IMG/VR virus record: IMGVR_UViG_3300032326_001134
Span: 32,001-96,000 of that record
DNA: 64,000 nucleotides
Strand: one strand, 5' to 3'
Source of the DNA: a virus
Below, one piece after another: positions 1-8,157 of this stretch. The notes under the pieces are model-generated. The model did not search any database. It worked only from the letters and a program-made list of their open reading frames with translations, and was not told the DNA's origin. The position numbers and the translations under genes were made by a program. The first letter of the stretch is position 1, and every line of letters begins with the position of its first letter.

Positions 1-1
1 A

Positions 2-103
2 TCTAAAAAGAAAATAGATTTAGAAATAGCTAAATGCGAGATTGTTTGTTCTAATTGTCATAGGGTCAGAACTCACCAGAGAAAAATTAATAAGTCTAAG
101 TAG
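2..103 (+). CDS. HNH endonuclease, C-terminal fragment (5'-truncated by window)
   Basis: Frame 2 reads SKKKIDLEIAKCEIVCSNCHRVRTHQRKINKSK*, the typical 'EIxKCxxxCxNCHRxRT' end of small phage HNH proteins. Confidence 0.8.
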   Translation, partial: SKKKIDLEIAKCEIVCSNCHRVRTHQRKINKSK

Positions 104-241
104 TATTCTAGTCAACTAAAACAATAAATAAATTGCTGTAAGCCCTTTTAAGGCACTTTGCAGGTATGTGTATGGCTAGATGGCTAAAAACGTCTTAGAG
201 GCCCTATAGAGCAATTTGTAGGCATATCCATATAATGTTAT

Positions 242-409
242 CTATCTATCTTTAATGCGAAATAGTTTTCTTACAAATGTATTTATTTTATTATTATGTA
301 TTTTAAATTCAAGTGAACCTGGGTCATAGTTAGAAGCAGTAAAATGATACCAATTTCCAGCATTTTGTTCACTGCTACCAGTAAATTTAGCAAAGTATCT
401 TGGGCTCAT
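242..409 (-). CDS. Hypothetical 55-aa protein (not in ORF track), probably leaderless
   Basis: ATG at 409 to TAG at 242 (MSPRYFAKFTGSSEQNAGNWYHF...); TATAAT lies 6 nt upstream of the ATG and there is no SD. Confidence 0.6.
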   Translation of the reverse strand: MSPRYFAKFTGSSEQNAGNWYHFTASNYDPGSLEFKIHNNKINTFVRKLFRIKDR

Positions 410-442
410 ATATTAATTATACACCTATTTAAACAAACAAAC

Positions 443-529
443 AGAAAACCCAATCAGAGGCGGATCCGATTGGGTTCTGGCATCTAAAGATGCAGTTGTA
501 TTAGGAGCATAAATGCTTCGACTAGTACT
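443..529 (-). ncRNA. Candidate small structured ncRNA (about 85-90 nt, three hairpins)
   Basis: TTGACT-17-TATAAT promoter upstream; hairpins AGCAT/ATGCT, GCATCT/AGATGC and AACCCAATCGG/CTGATTGGGTT followed by T-rich tail; no ORF. Confidence 0.55.
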
Positions 530-534
530 GTATT

Positions 535-563
535 ATTATAAAATAACTTACTATTAAAGTCAA
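535..563 (-). promoter_or_regulatory. Sigma70/sigma-A-type promoter driving candidate sRNA
   Basis: -35 TTGACT (563-558), 17-nt spacer, -10 TATAAT (540-535). Confidence 0.7.
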
Positions 564-1981
564 GGAAGGATTATTTTTGCCCGTAATGGTTTTTCTACAC
601 GATAGGTAACTCTATCTAGACCCCTTGGCATTCTTCCATATGTTTTAATTCTAAATTGACTAGACATGCATAATAAAATAATTTTCATTTCAATCATTGC
701 AAATTGATCACCAATACATTTTCTACTTCCTTCCCCAAATGGGAAATACGCACCCAACGGCAAAGACTTTTCAAACCCATTATTCCATCTATCTGGATTA
801 AATTTTTCTGGGTCTTTGTATATTTCTGGGTCCCTGTGTGTCGCATACGGGCTAACAACAACAAATGAATTTTTTGGAATTAAAATGTCATCAATAACTA
901 CATCTTCTTTTGACATTCTAGGCAAGCTCCAAATTGGAGGACAAAGCCTTAATGTTTCTTTTAGTATGCTAGAGCAGACTGGTGCGTCCATAATCTTTTT
1001 AAGAAGATCCTCCTCAGAGCAATTAGAATTGAATATATCTGAAGATTCATTTAATAGCTTTTGATATTCTTTTGGGTTTTGATTTAAATAAGCAAGCGCC
1101 CAGACCAAAGTGTTTGAAGTTGATTCAAAGCCAGCTAAAATAATTGTTATCATTTCATCTAAGACCTGATGTTTAGACATTTTGTTTCCATCTTCGTCAG
1201 TGCTGTTTATATAAATAGAAAGCAGATCGTCCCCATCTAAACTTGATTTAATTTTTTCTTCATAAACATTTTCAACAAATTCATATAAATAAACAGTAGA
1301 GTCTAAAAACTTTTTAAAATATGGCAAATTAAAATTTTCAAATCTTGCTAAAGATGGATCTTGAGTTCTATTCATAGCATCTTGAGAAATAGACACGTTT
1401 CTTTTTACAGTTTCTGAATTTTGTTTTATGTCGACCCCAAAAATACATTTCATAATAATATCTAAAGCCAAAGAATTAATTTGAGACCTTACTTCAATTT
1501 CTAGATCTATTTCTTTCATTTCTTTTATACTTTTATTAGTAATGCTAAGCATTGTAGAAGACATATTTTTTAATTTTTTGTGATCAAAACTTGACATTGT
1601 CATTCTTCTAAAAACAAAATGATCTGGATCTTCGCTCACCAGCAATCCGTTTCCAAGAAGTTTTCTAGGTCTTCCCCAAAGAGGACCTTTTATAAAAGAT
1701 TTTTGTTTTAAAGCCAATACATCCCAAACGCCTTTTGGAGAAAACACATATGTAACTAAATATTGACCATGGTAAGTAGAAAATATTTTTCCGTAATTTA
1801 ACATATTTTTAACAAGAATTTTTGCGCTATTAAAAAAAAATGAATAATAATTGCTTAATATAAAAGTAATTTTAATATTTATATTTTTCTTTTTTACTTG
1901 TTTTTTAGTAATAGGGATTAATGTAGGATCAAACCATTTAGAGTTGGGCCTAAAGAAGGGATACATTTCCTTTTTTAGCAT
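560..1981 (-). CDS. Cytochrome P450
   Basis: Heme motif FPFGEGSRKCIG, I-helix AGFEST, ExxR (ETLR), PDRW meander, GNGLLVSE. Confidence 0.97.
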   Translation of the reverse strand: MLKKEMYPFFRPNSKWFDPTLIPITKKQVKKKNINIKITFILSNYYSFFFNSAKILVKNMLNYGKIFSTYHGQYLVTYVFSPKGVWDVLALKQKSFIKGPLWGRPRKLLGNGLLVSEDPDHFVFRRMTMSSFDHKKLKNMSSTMLSITNKSIKEMKEIDLEIEVRSQINSLALDIIMKCIFGVDIKQNSETVKRNVSISQDAMNRTQDPSLARFENFNLPYFKKFLDSTVYLYEFVENVYEEKIKSSLDGDDLLSIYINSTDEDGNKMSKHQVLDEMITIILAGFESTSNTLVWALAYLNQNPKEYQKLLNESSDIFNSNCSEEDLLKKIMDAPVCSSILKETLRLCPPIWSLPRMSKEDVVIDDILIPKNSFVVVSPYATHRDPEIYKDPEKFNPDRWNNGFEKSLPLGAYFPFGEGSRKCIGDQFAMIEMKIILLCMSSQFRIKTYGRMPRGLDRVTYRVEKPLRAKIILP

Positions 1982-2961
1982 TCAAAAACCCCACCATTGC
2001 TCATTATAAAATCATACAACTCAAAATCATGCTGGTTCAATTCTATGATTCTATTTATTTGATCTTTTGTTAAAATTTTTCTAACTTCCGCAGCGGTAAA
2101 ATCTGATTTATTTTTTACAACGTTCCCTAAGTCGGCCACATAATCTTTTTTTACTAAAAGATTAGATGCTTTATTTAAAAACAAATTTCTGTTTTCCACA
2201 GAGCCTATAAGGCTAAAATTATTTAAGCTTTCTTTCCAAAAAGACTCTTTGCCATTTAAATCCATAAAATTATAATTAAAAACTTGAGCAGCAATAAGCT
2301 CAAATCTTGTAATCTTCCCATCCATATATTTATCGACCCAAGAGCAAGATTCTTTTGTCTTTAAATCTGAAGTTATTGTTTTTGTTTGATAATTAGCAAT
2401 GTTGCCTATATTTGTTTCGTCAGATAGAAAGCTGTCAAAATTTTTACTAGTTAAGTTTTTTGTCTTAAATCCAAAGAATGAGTCAGACACCTTGTACCTA
2501 AAATTAAAATAGCTAATTGCTCTATCTATTGGATCCCTAACTATTGTTAATCCGTTTATTTTTTTATTATTTTTTTTATATAAAAAAAACGGGTGCATTG
2601 CAAAGTGACCAGAAATTAACTTTGAATTTAGCATATCGTTTTCATTAACATAATGCATTGTATTCATAAAATTTTGTTCATCTGCAAAAACACTTTTAAG
2701 CTCAGACAATACTGATATACCAGAAGTTTTTGGAATGTGTAAAAAATAAAAACTTTCTCTATTAGAAGCAAAATCTGTATTTATTTTTTTTATAAAATTT
2801 CCACCTTTAATTTTCATTCCATGCTCTAAATCACTAAACTTTAGGTGTCCAGTATATGATGAATTTACAAATCCACTAGTGTAAGATTCGTTTTGATAAA
2901 TACTTTCAATCTCAAAAATATGATTTTCTGGATAAGATATTCCATTAACATAATTAGTCAA
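1975..2961 (-). CDS. Sulfotransferase-family protein
   Basis: 5'-PSB-like YFLHIPKTSGIS and 3'-PB-like VRDPIDRAISYF, C-terminal LNQHDFELY; start moved to TTG 2961, which overlaps the upstream stop and has GAGG upstream. Confidence 0.85.
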   Translation of the reverse strand: MTNYVNGISYPENHIFEIESIYQNESYTSGFVNSSYTGHLKFSDLEHGMKIKGGNFIKKINTDFASNRESFYFLHIPKTSGISVLSELKSVFADEQNFMNTMHYVNENDMLNSKLISGHFAMHPFFLYKKNNKKINGLTIVRDPIDRAISYFNFRYKVSDSFFGFKTKNLTSKNFDSFLSDETNIGNIANYQTKTITSDLKTKESCSWVDKYMDGKITRFELIAAQVFNYNFMDLNGKESFWKESLNNFSLIGSVENRNLFLNKASNLLVKKDYVADLGNVVKNKSDFTAAEVRKILTKDQINRIIELNQHDFELYDFIMSNGGVFEC

Positions 2962-3163
2962 TTTTTTCTTCCTCTGACGAATACGAAGGGGCTGGACCAA
3001 GTAAAAAACCTTGGTCGTGATACTCAACCATCTTAGATGTCTTATCAGATCCAACAATTTCATTTGAAATTAAACTTAGCAAATCATAAATTCTGTGAAG
3101 CATTATATAATTTACCATAGGAAGATTATCTTCTATATTTTGACTATCTTGATTTTCAGTCAT
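2954..3163 (-). CDS. Hypothetical protein
   Basis: 69-aa ORF overlapping both neighbours in the leftward operon. Confidence 0.75.
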   Translation of the reverse strand: MTENQDSQNIEDNLPMVNYIMLHRIYDLLSLISNEIVGSDKTSKMVEYHDQGFLLGPAPSYSSEEEKID

Positions 3164-3374
3164 TTTTTACCCCTTTAACTATAGAAACAATTTTATCATA
3201 ATATGAAGTTCCTATAAAATTTTTGTAATTACAAGAAAGGCAATATAAATATATTTCATCATTTAAATTTAAATTACAAAGAAGAGAGCCTTGATCCATA
3301 GGACATTCAAGTCTTGGAACAAGGCCCTCCTCAGATAAAGCTATATATTTAGATACGTATTGTATCCGCAGCAA
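3156..3374 (-). CDS. Small Zn-ribbon-like protein
   Basis: CPMD...CLSC pattern; AGGAG upstream. Confidence 0.7.
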   Translation of the reverse strand: MLRIQYVSKYIALSEEGLVPRLECPMDQGSLLCNLNLNDEIYLYCLSCNYKNFIGTSYYDKIVSIVKGVKND

Positions 3375-3384
3375 ATTTTGCTCC

Positions 3385-3936
3385 TTAAGCTTTAGGGAAT
3401 TGGGTTAACAATTCCTTGGCTTTACCTATTGAGTTAGGCCAAGATGACCAATCGATTCCGCCTTTGGTCATATGATACGTTATCTCTGCATTTGTTACTG
3501 GATCAAATAGTTCCTTATTTGAAACTAAATTAAATTTTTCTTGTCTGTCTATGCCAAGTTCCCCAAGCATATTGATTTGAAAAATTCCATAAGATTTGTC
3601 TCCAGTTGATCTATTGTCGTTTAAAGCCATTGGTCTCCCGTTTGACTCTACACGAGCAACAGCCCAAGCTGTTTTTAAAGCCATTCCTTCAAAACCAACA
3701 GCCCATAAAAGATCTTTTAGGTCCTCAGCTGCAAGCATTTCAGAATGCTTATAAGTGTCATTGCTGAACTTATTTAGTATTTCTCTTTTTAGTTGTATTT
3801 CGGTTTTTTCTGTTTTTACTTCTAAAGCCTGAGTAGCAGTTGGTCCAGGCTGGACGGAAAATAGAAATAATGTTATTATTGCTATTGCGGCCCAGTTATG
3901 TACAACATCACTAAGTCTTTGTTTTACTTTCTCCAT
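3385..3936 (-). CDS. SLT-like lytic transglycosylase with N-terminal signal/TM segment
   Basis: AVARVESNG catalytic Glu, SYGIFQIN, LFDPVTNA; hydrophobic N-terminus; AAGGAGG RBS supports ATG 3936. Confidence 0.9.
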   Translation of the reverse strand: MEKVKQRLSDVVHNWAAIAIITLFLFSVQPGPTATQALEVKTEKTEIQLKREILNKFSNDTYKHSEMLAAEDLKDLLWAVGFEGMALKTAWAVARVESNGRPMALNDNRSTGDKSYGIFQINMLGELGIDRQEKFNLVSNKELFDPVTNAEITYHMTKGGIDWSSWPNSIGKAKELLTQFPKA

Positions 3937-3965
3937 TGGCATTTCCTCCTTTAGAGATAACGAAC

Positions 3966-3999
3966 TATAATAATACCATTGTAATTGAAGCAGTGTCAA
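3966..3999. promoter_or_regulatory. Divergent promoter region
   Basis: Minus strand TTGACA(3999-3994)-18-TATTAT(3975-3970) with extended TG; plus strand TATAAT at 3966-3971. Confidence 0.55.
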
Positions 4000-4021
4000 G
4001 CCAGTCAACTAGAAAGATTAT

Positions 4022-5011
4022 ATGAATATATCATTCTCTACAGTAATTGCTAACCTAAGAACTAAAAACGGATACGGTTATGCCTCAGAGAATATAATAA
4101 AATCATTAAATAACTTAGGACACTTTGTTCCATTTCAAGACCCAAAGTCTAAAGTACAATTAAACTTTTCACAGCCATCACATTTTAAATTACATAAAAA
4201 TCAGTATCAGATTAGCTATACCCCATGGGAGTCAACTGTAATTCCAAATGAGTGGAAGCACTATATGGATTCATGCGACGAGATATGGACAACATCAGAC
4301 TGGTGTGCAAATGTTTTCGAAGATAACGGATACAAAGTTTCAAACGTATACCCGCATGGCATAGATCCAGTTTGGAAACCTTATAAAAGACCAGATGACG
4401 GAGTCATAAAGTTTTTACACATAGGAGAACCAGCACCAAGAAAAGCAGGCCAAATGGTTGTCGATGCTTTTGTTACATTGTTTGCAAATAACCCAAATTA
4501 TTCTTTAACAATAAAAGCTGATCAAATTAATACAACAAGAATTTTTAACAACTACATAGATAAAAACATAATAGGCTCTCCTGAAAAAATATATTCAAAC
4601 ATTAATTTAGTTACAGATGTTTTAAGTATTGAAGAGTTAGTTAATCTATATCACTCTCACAATGTTTTGGTCTATCCAAGTTATGGAGAAGGATTTGGGT
4701 TTATACCATTACAAGCTCTTGCAACTGGAATGCCTACAATATCAACTGGAAAATGGGCACACTATAAAAAATATTTAGGACCATTAGAGTTAAAATCAGA
4801 AACAATAGATTCTCCTTGGCCATTTCCACATAGTGGAAAAGTTTTTGAACCAAACTATAAACATCTACTTGAGCTAATGAGAGATATCTCTTTAAACTTT
4901 AAACCTTATTCAAGTTACTACTATACTCAGTCAACTAATATTCATAAAGAGTATAATTGGGATCAGTTGACTAAGAATGCATTTGAAAGAGTTGTTAAAA
5001 AATTCTCTTAA
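4022..5011 (+). CDS. Glycosyltransferase, GT4 family
   Basis: PSYGEGFGFIPLQALATGMP motif, YPHGID, FLHIG...RK. Confidence 0.92.
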   Translation: MNISFSTVIANLRTKNGYGYASENIIKSLNNLGHFVPFQDPKSKVQLNFSQPSHFKLHKNQYQISYTPWESTVIPNEWKHYMDSCDEIWTTSDWCANVFEDNGYKVSNVYPHGIDPVWKPYKRPDDGVIKFLHIGEPAPRKAGQMVVDAFVTLFANNPNYSLTIKADQINTTRIFNNYIDKNIIGSPEKIYSNINLVTDVLSIEELVNLYHSHNVLVYPSYGEGFGFIPLQALATGMPTISTGKWAHYKKYLGPLELKSETIDSPWPFPHSGKVFEPNYKHLLELMRDISLNFKPYSSYYYTQSTNIHKEYNWDQLTKNAFERVVKKFS

Positions 5012-5094
5012 GGTCTTCCCTCTATAAATAACATTTGATACAATTAGACTTCAATCAAATTTAATTTATCTGCTAGGCGGAGGAAAAGGTCTAT

Positions 5095-7029
5095 ATGTCA
5101 CAAGTAATTAAAAACCCATATGAAAATTTTATTGCGTTATCACGATACGCAAGGTGGATGCCAGAAGAAAATCGTCGTGAAACTTGGGGAGAGACAGTAG
5201 ATAGATATTTTGCGTTCATGCTTGATCATTTGTTTAAAGATCACGCATACGAGCCAAGCACAAAGCTAGTTGAAGAATTAAAGTCCGCAGTTTTTAATAG
5301 AAACGTAATGCCTTCTATGAGATCAGTAATGACTGCAGGTGCTGCATTAGAAAGAGATAATGTTGCTGGATACAACTGTTCATTTGTGCCAGTAGATAAT
5401 CCTCGTTCATTTGATGAGACAATGTATATTCTTATGTGTGGCACAGGAGTAGGATTTTCTGTTGAGTACAAGTATGTTAATAAGCTTCCCGCAATTCCAG
5501 ACTCATTTGAAAAATCAGATACAGTTATTGTAGTAGAAGATTCAAAGCAAGGTTGGGCAAAAGCTTATCGAGAACTACTTGCGTTACTTTGGACAGGACA
5601 TATCCCAGCGATAGATGTTTCTAAAGTCCGCCCCGCAGGAGCAAGACTTAAGACTATGGGTGGAAGATCATCTGGTCCACAACCGCTAGTAAATCTTTTT
5701 GATTTTACTATTGCAAAATTTAAAAACGCAGCTGGTCGCCAACTAAAGCCAATTGAAGCTCACGACATAATGTGTAAAATTGGTGAAGTTGTTGTTGTGG
5801 GAGGAGTTCGTCGTTCAGCAATGATTTCTCTTTCTAACATTAATGATATTGAAATGGCATCAGCCAAATCTGGTAATTGGTGGGAGAATAATACTCAACG
5901 TGCACTTTCAAATAATTCTGTTGCTTACTCACGTAAGCCAGAGATGGAACAATTTATAGCAGAATGGAAAAATTTATATGACTCTAAATCAGGGGAGCGT
6001 GGCATATACAATGTTGCAGCAGCGCAAGCCCAAGCAGCAAAGTATGGACGCAGAGATCCAGATATACACTACGGAACTAACCCGTGCTCAGAAATTATTC
6101 TACGTCCTTATCAGTTTTGTAACCTTTCAGAAGTCGTATTACGTGAAAATGATACAAAAGAAGATATTGCAAATAAAGTAAGACTTGCTACAATTCTTGG
6201 AACTTGGCAATCCACTCTTACGGACTTTAAGTATCTTCGTAAGATCTGGAAAGATAACACAGAAGAAGAACGACTACTTGGAGTTTCATTAACTGGACAA
6301 TTTGGCCATAAGTTTATGTCTGGTAAGCAGGACATTGTTGCTTTAGAAGCTTACCTTATGTCACTAAGAGAATATGCTCGTGAAACAAACAAAGAAGAGG
6401 CTGGAAAAATTGGGATTTCCGAGTCTGCAGCTATTACTTGTGTAAAGCCTTCTGGAACAGTATCTCAATTGGTCGGGGTGTCTTCAGGAATGCATCCATG
6501 GCATTCAAAATATTATATTCGTACAGTTCGTGGATCAAAGGGAGACCCAATTTCTACATTCTTAAAAGAAGTAGGTATTCCAGTAGAAGACGATGTAATG
6601 AAGCCAGCAGACACATACGTATTTTCATTTCCAGTAAAAGCACCAGAGGGTGCAATTGTTAGAAATGATTTAACGGCTTTAGATCACCTAAATATTTGGC
6701 TAGTTTATCAACGTGCATGGTGTGAACACAAACCATCAATTACTGTATCAGTAAAAGAAGAAGAATGGATGGAGGTAGGTGCTTGGGTATACAAGCATTT
6801 TGACGAAGTGTCTGGAATTTCTTTCCTACCCCACTCAGACCATACATATAAGCAAGCCCCATACCAAGAAGTTGACAAAGCAGAATATGATGCACTTGTT
6901 GCAAGAATGCCTAGCAATATAAGATGGGAAGATTTATCTTTTTACGAGACAGAAGACGGTACTTCTGGAAGTCAGACTCTTGCATGCACCTCAGACGGAA
7001 ATTGCGAGATTGTAGATATATCAGCATAG
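5095..7029 (+). CDS. nrdJ: Class II (B12-dependent) ribonucleotide reductase
   Basis: YNCSF, GGVRRSA, TNPCSEI, CNLSE, TCVKPSGT, C-terminal CxxxxC; no small subunit nearby. Confidence 0.93.
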   Translation: MSQVIKNPYENFIALSRYARWMPEENRRETWGETVDRYFAFMLDHLFKDHAYEPSTKLVEELKSAVFNRNVMPSMRSVMTAGAALERDNVAGYNCSFVPVDNPRSFDETMYILMCGTGVGFSVEYKYVNKLPAIPDSFEKSDTVIVVEDSKQGWAKAYRELLALLWTGHIPAIDVSKVRPAGARLKTMGGRSSGPQPLVNLFDFTIAKFKNAAGRQLKPIEAHDIMCKIGEVVVVGGVRRSAMISLSNINDIEMASAKSGNWWENNTQRALSNNSVAYSRKPEMEQFIAEWKNLYDSKSGERGIYNVAAAQAQAAKYGRRDPDIHYGTNPCSEIILRPYQFCNLSEVVLRENDTKEDIANKVRLATILGTWQSTLTDFKYLRKIWKDNTEEERLLGVSLTGQFGHKFMSGKQDIVALEAYLMSLREYARETNKEEAGKIGISESAAITCVKPSGTVSQLVGVSSGMHPWHSKYYIRTVRGSKGDPISTFLKEVGIPVEDDVMKPADTYVFSFPVKAPEGAIVRNDLTALDHLNIWLVYQRAWCEHKPSITVSVKEEEWMEVGAWVYKHFDEVSGISFLPHSDHTYKQAPYQEVDKAEYDALVARMPSNIRWEDLSFYETEDGTSGSQTLACTSDGNCEIVDISA

Positions 7030-7069
7030 TAGTATAATATAGAAGGCGAAAGCCAAAAGGAGGCAAAAC

Positions 7070-7270
7070 ATGAATACATACGTAGAACAATTATTAGCAG
7101 CAGCAGGTACATATGGTAGAGCATTTTTGGCAGCAGCCACGGCTTTATATATGACTGGAAACACAAATCCTAAAGATTTACTAGCAGCTGGAGTCGCAGC
7201 CGTTGCACCAGTAATTCTTAAGGCGTTGTCCCCAAGCGATCAAAGCTTTGGATTTAAAACAACAAAGTAA
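7070..7270 (+). CDS. Holin-like small membrane protein
   Basis: 66 aa, two Ala-rich hydrophobic helices, basic tail; AAGGAGG RBS. Confidence 0.65.
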   Translation: MNTYVEQLLAAAGTYGRAFLAAATALYMTGNTNPKDLLAAGVAAVAPVILKALSPSDQSFGFKTTK

Positions 7271-7280
7271 TACAATAGAT

Positions 7281-7322
7281 TAGGATAGCTCCTGTGCTAA
7301 AATAAGCATAGGAGTTTTCCTA
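7281..7322. terminator. Imperfect inverted repeat (terminator or regulatory hairpin)
   Basis: TAGGA..CTCCTGTGCT-aaaata-AGCATAGGAG..TCCTA followed by TTTT. Confidence 0.5.
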
Positions 7323-7340
7323 TTTTAGGAGATTTTGCAA

Positions 7341-7691
7341 ATGGCAGTAAACAAGAATTTTGAAGTAGATCAAAATGCTACTTTTTCTTTTCAAGTTCAA
7401 TATACTTTAGAAGATGAAGTCACACCAATAGATCTTTCCAACGCAACCGCAAAAATGCAGGTGCGAGATACTAAGGGTGGCGCAAAGCTAGCATTCACAT
7501 TAACTTCCCCGTCTGGTGGAATTACCATTGACGAACTAGAGGGAACTTTAAATGTAAAAATGACACCTACTCAAACCAATAAACTGTTTTATCCAAAATC
7601 TTCTTATGACATTATGGTTGTCGATTCTAACGGGAATAAAATAAAACTCCTCGAAGGGTTTTTAACTCTCAGTAGATCGGTAACTATATAA
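7341..7691 (+). CDS. Virion structural protein (BppU-N/LtfC-like beta-sandwich)
   Basis: DQNATF...PIDLSNATAKMQVRD...YDI..RLLEG-type pattern; AGGAG before ATG 7341. Confidence 0.6.
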   Translation: MAVNKNFEVDQNATFSFQVQYTLEDEVTPIDLSNATAKMQVRDTKGGAKLAFTLTSPSGGITIDELEGTLNVKMTPTQTNKLFYPKSSYDIMVVDSNGNKIKLLEGFLTLSRSVTI

Positions 7692-8143
7692 TGACAGAAA
7701 AAGTAATAGTCACAGAGATAAAGAATAAGGTAATTGTAAAATCCCCAGGGCCACAAGGTCCTGCTGGAAGAACAATATTAAACGGCACATCAGCGCCAGC
7801 AAACAATTTAGGTGTTGCTGGAGATTTTTATTATAATACAACTACTACAGATTTTTACGGTCCAAAGCTATCAGATATAACCTGGAGCGGAGCTACCGTT
7901 ATTAAATTTATTCAAGAAGGCTCAGAATATGCTTATTCAACCTCATGGGAGCTTGCCCAAGTTACTGGACCAGTCAACGGAGTTTATTCAGTAGAACTAC
8001 AACATAACTTAGGGTTTTTCCCAAATGCAACAGTTAAGTCTAGTTCTGGGGACATGTTAGAAACTGGAATAGAATATAATAGTATAGAGAAAATAACACT
8101 GACTATGGCTCAACCATTTTCAGGGACAGCATACCTGTCATAA
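7691..8143 (+). CDS. Virion fibre-associated protein
   Basis: Short collagen-like GPQGPAG, GxxAP..GxxGDFYY, C-terminal HNLG...FSGTAYL. Confidence 0.65.
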   Translation: MTEKVIVTEIKNKVIVKSPGPQGPAGRTILNGTSAPANNLGVAGDFYYNTTTTDFYGPKLSDITWSGATVIKFIQEGSEYAYSTSWELAQVTGPVNGVYSVELQHNLGFFPNATVKSSSGDMLETGIEYNSIEKITLTMAQPFSGTAYLS

Positions 8144-8157
8144 AGGAGAAATAAAAA

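Noticed and set aside
2555-2590. Poly-T/poly-A inverted repeat as terminator or phase-variable tract
   Set aside because: Inside the sulfotransferase ORF (FFLYKKNNKK), frame intact, explained by AT bias
5095-7029. Introns or inteins in nrdJ (also checked in dnaB and dnaE)
   Set aside because: Motifs are contiguous and lengths are normal; the usual insertion sites (NPC, YxFN) are uninterrupted
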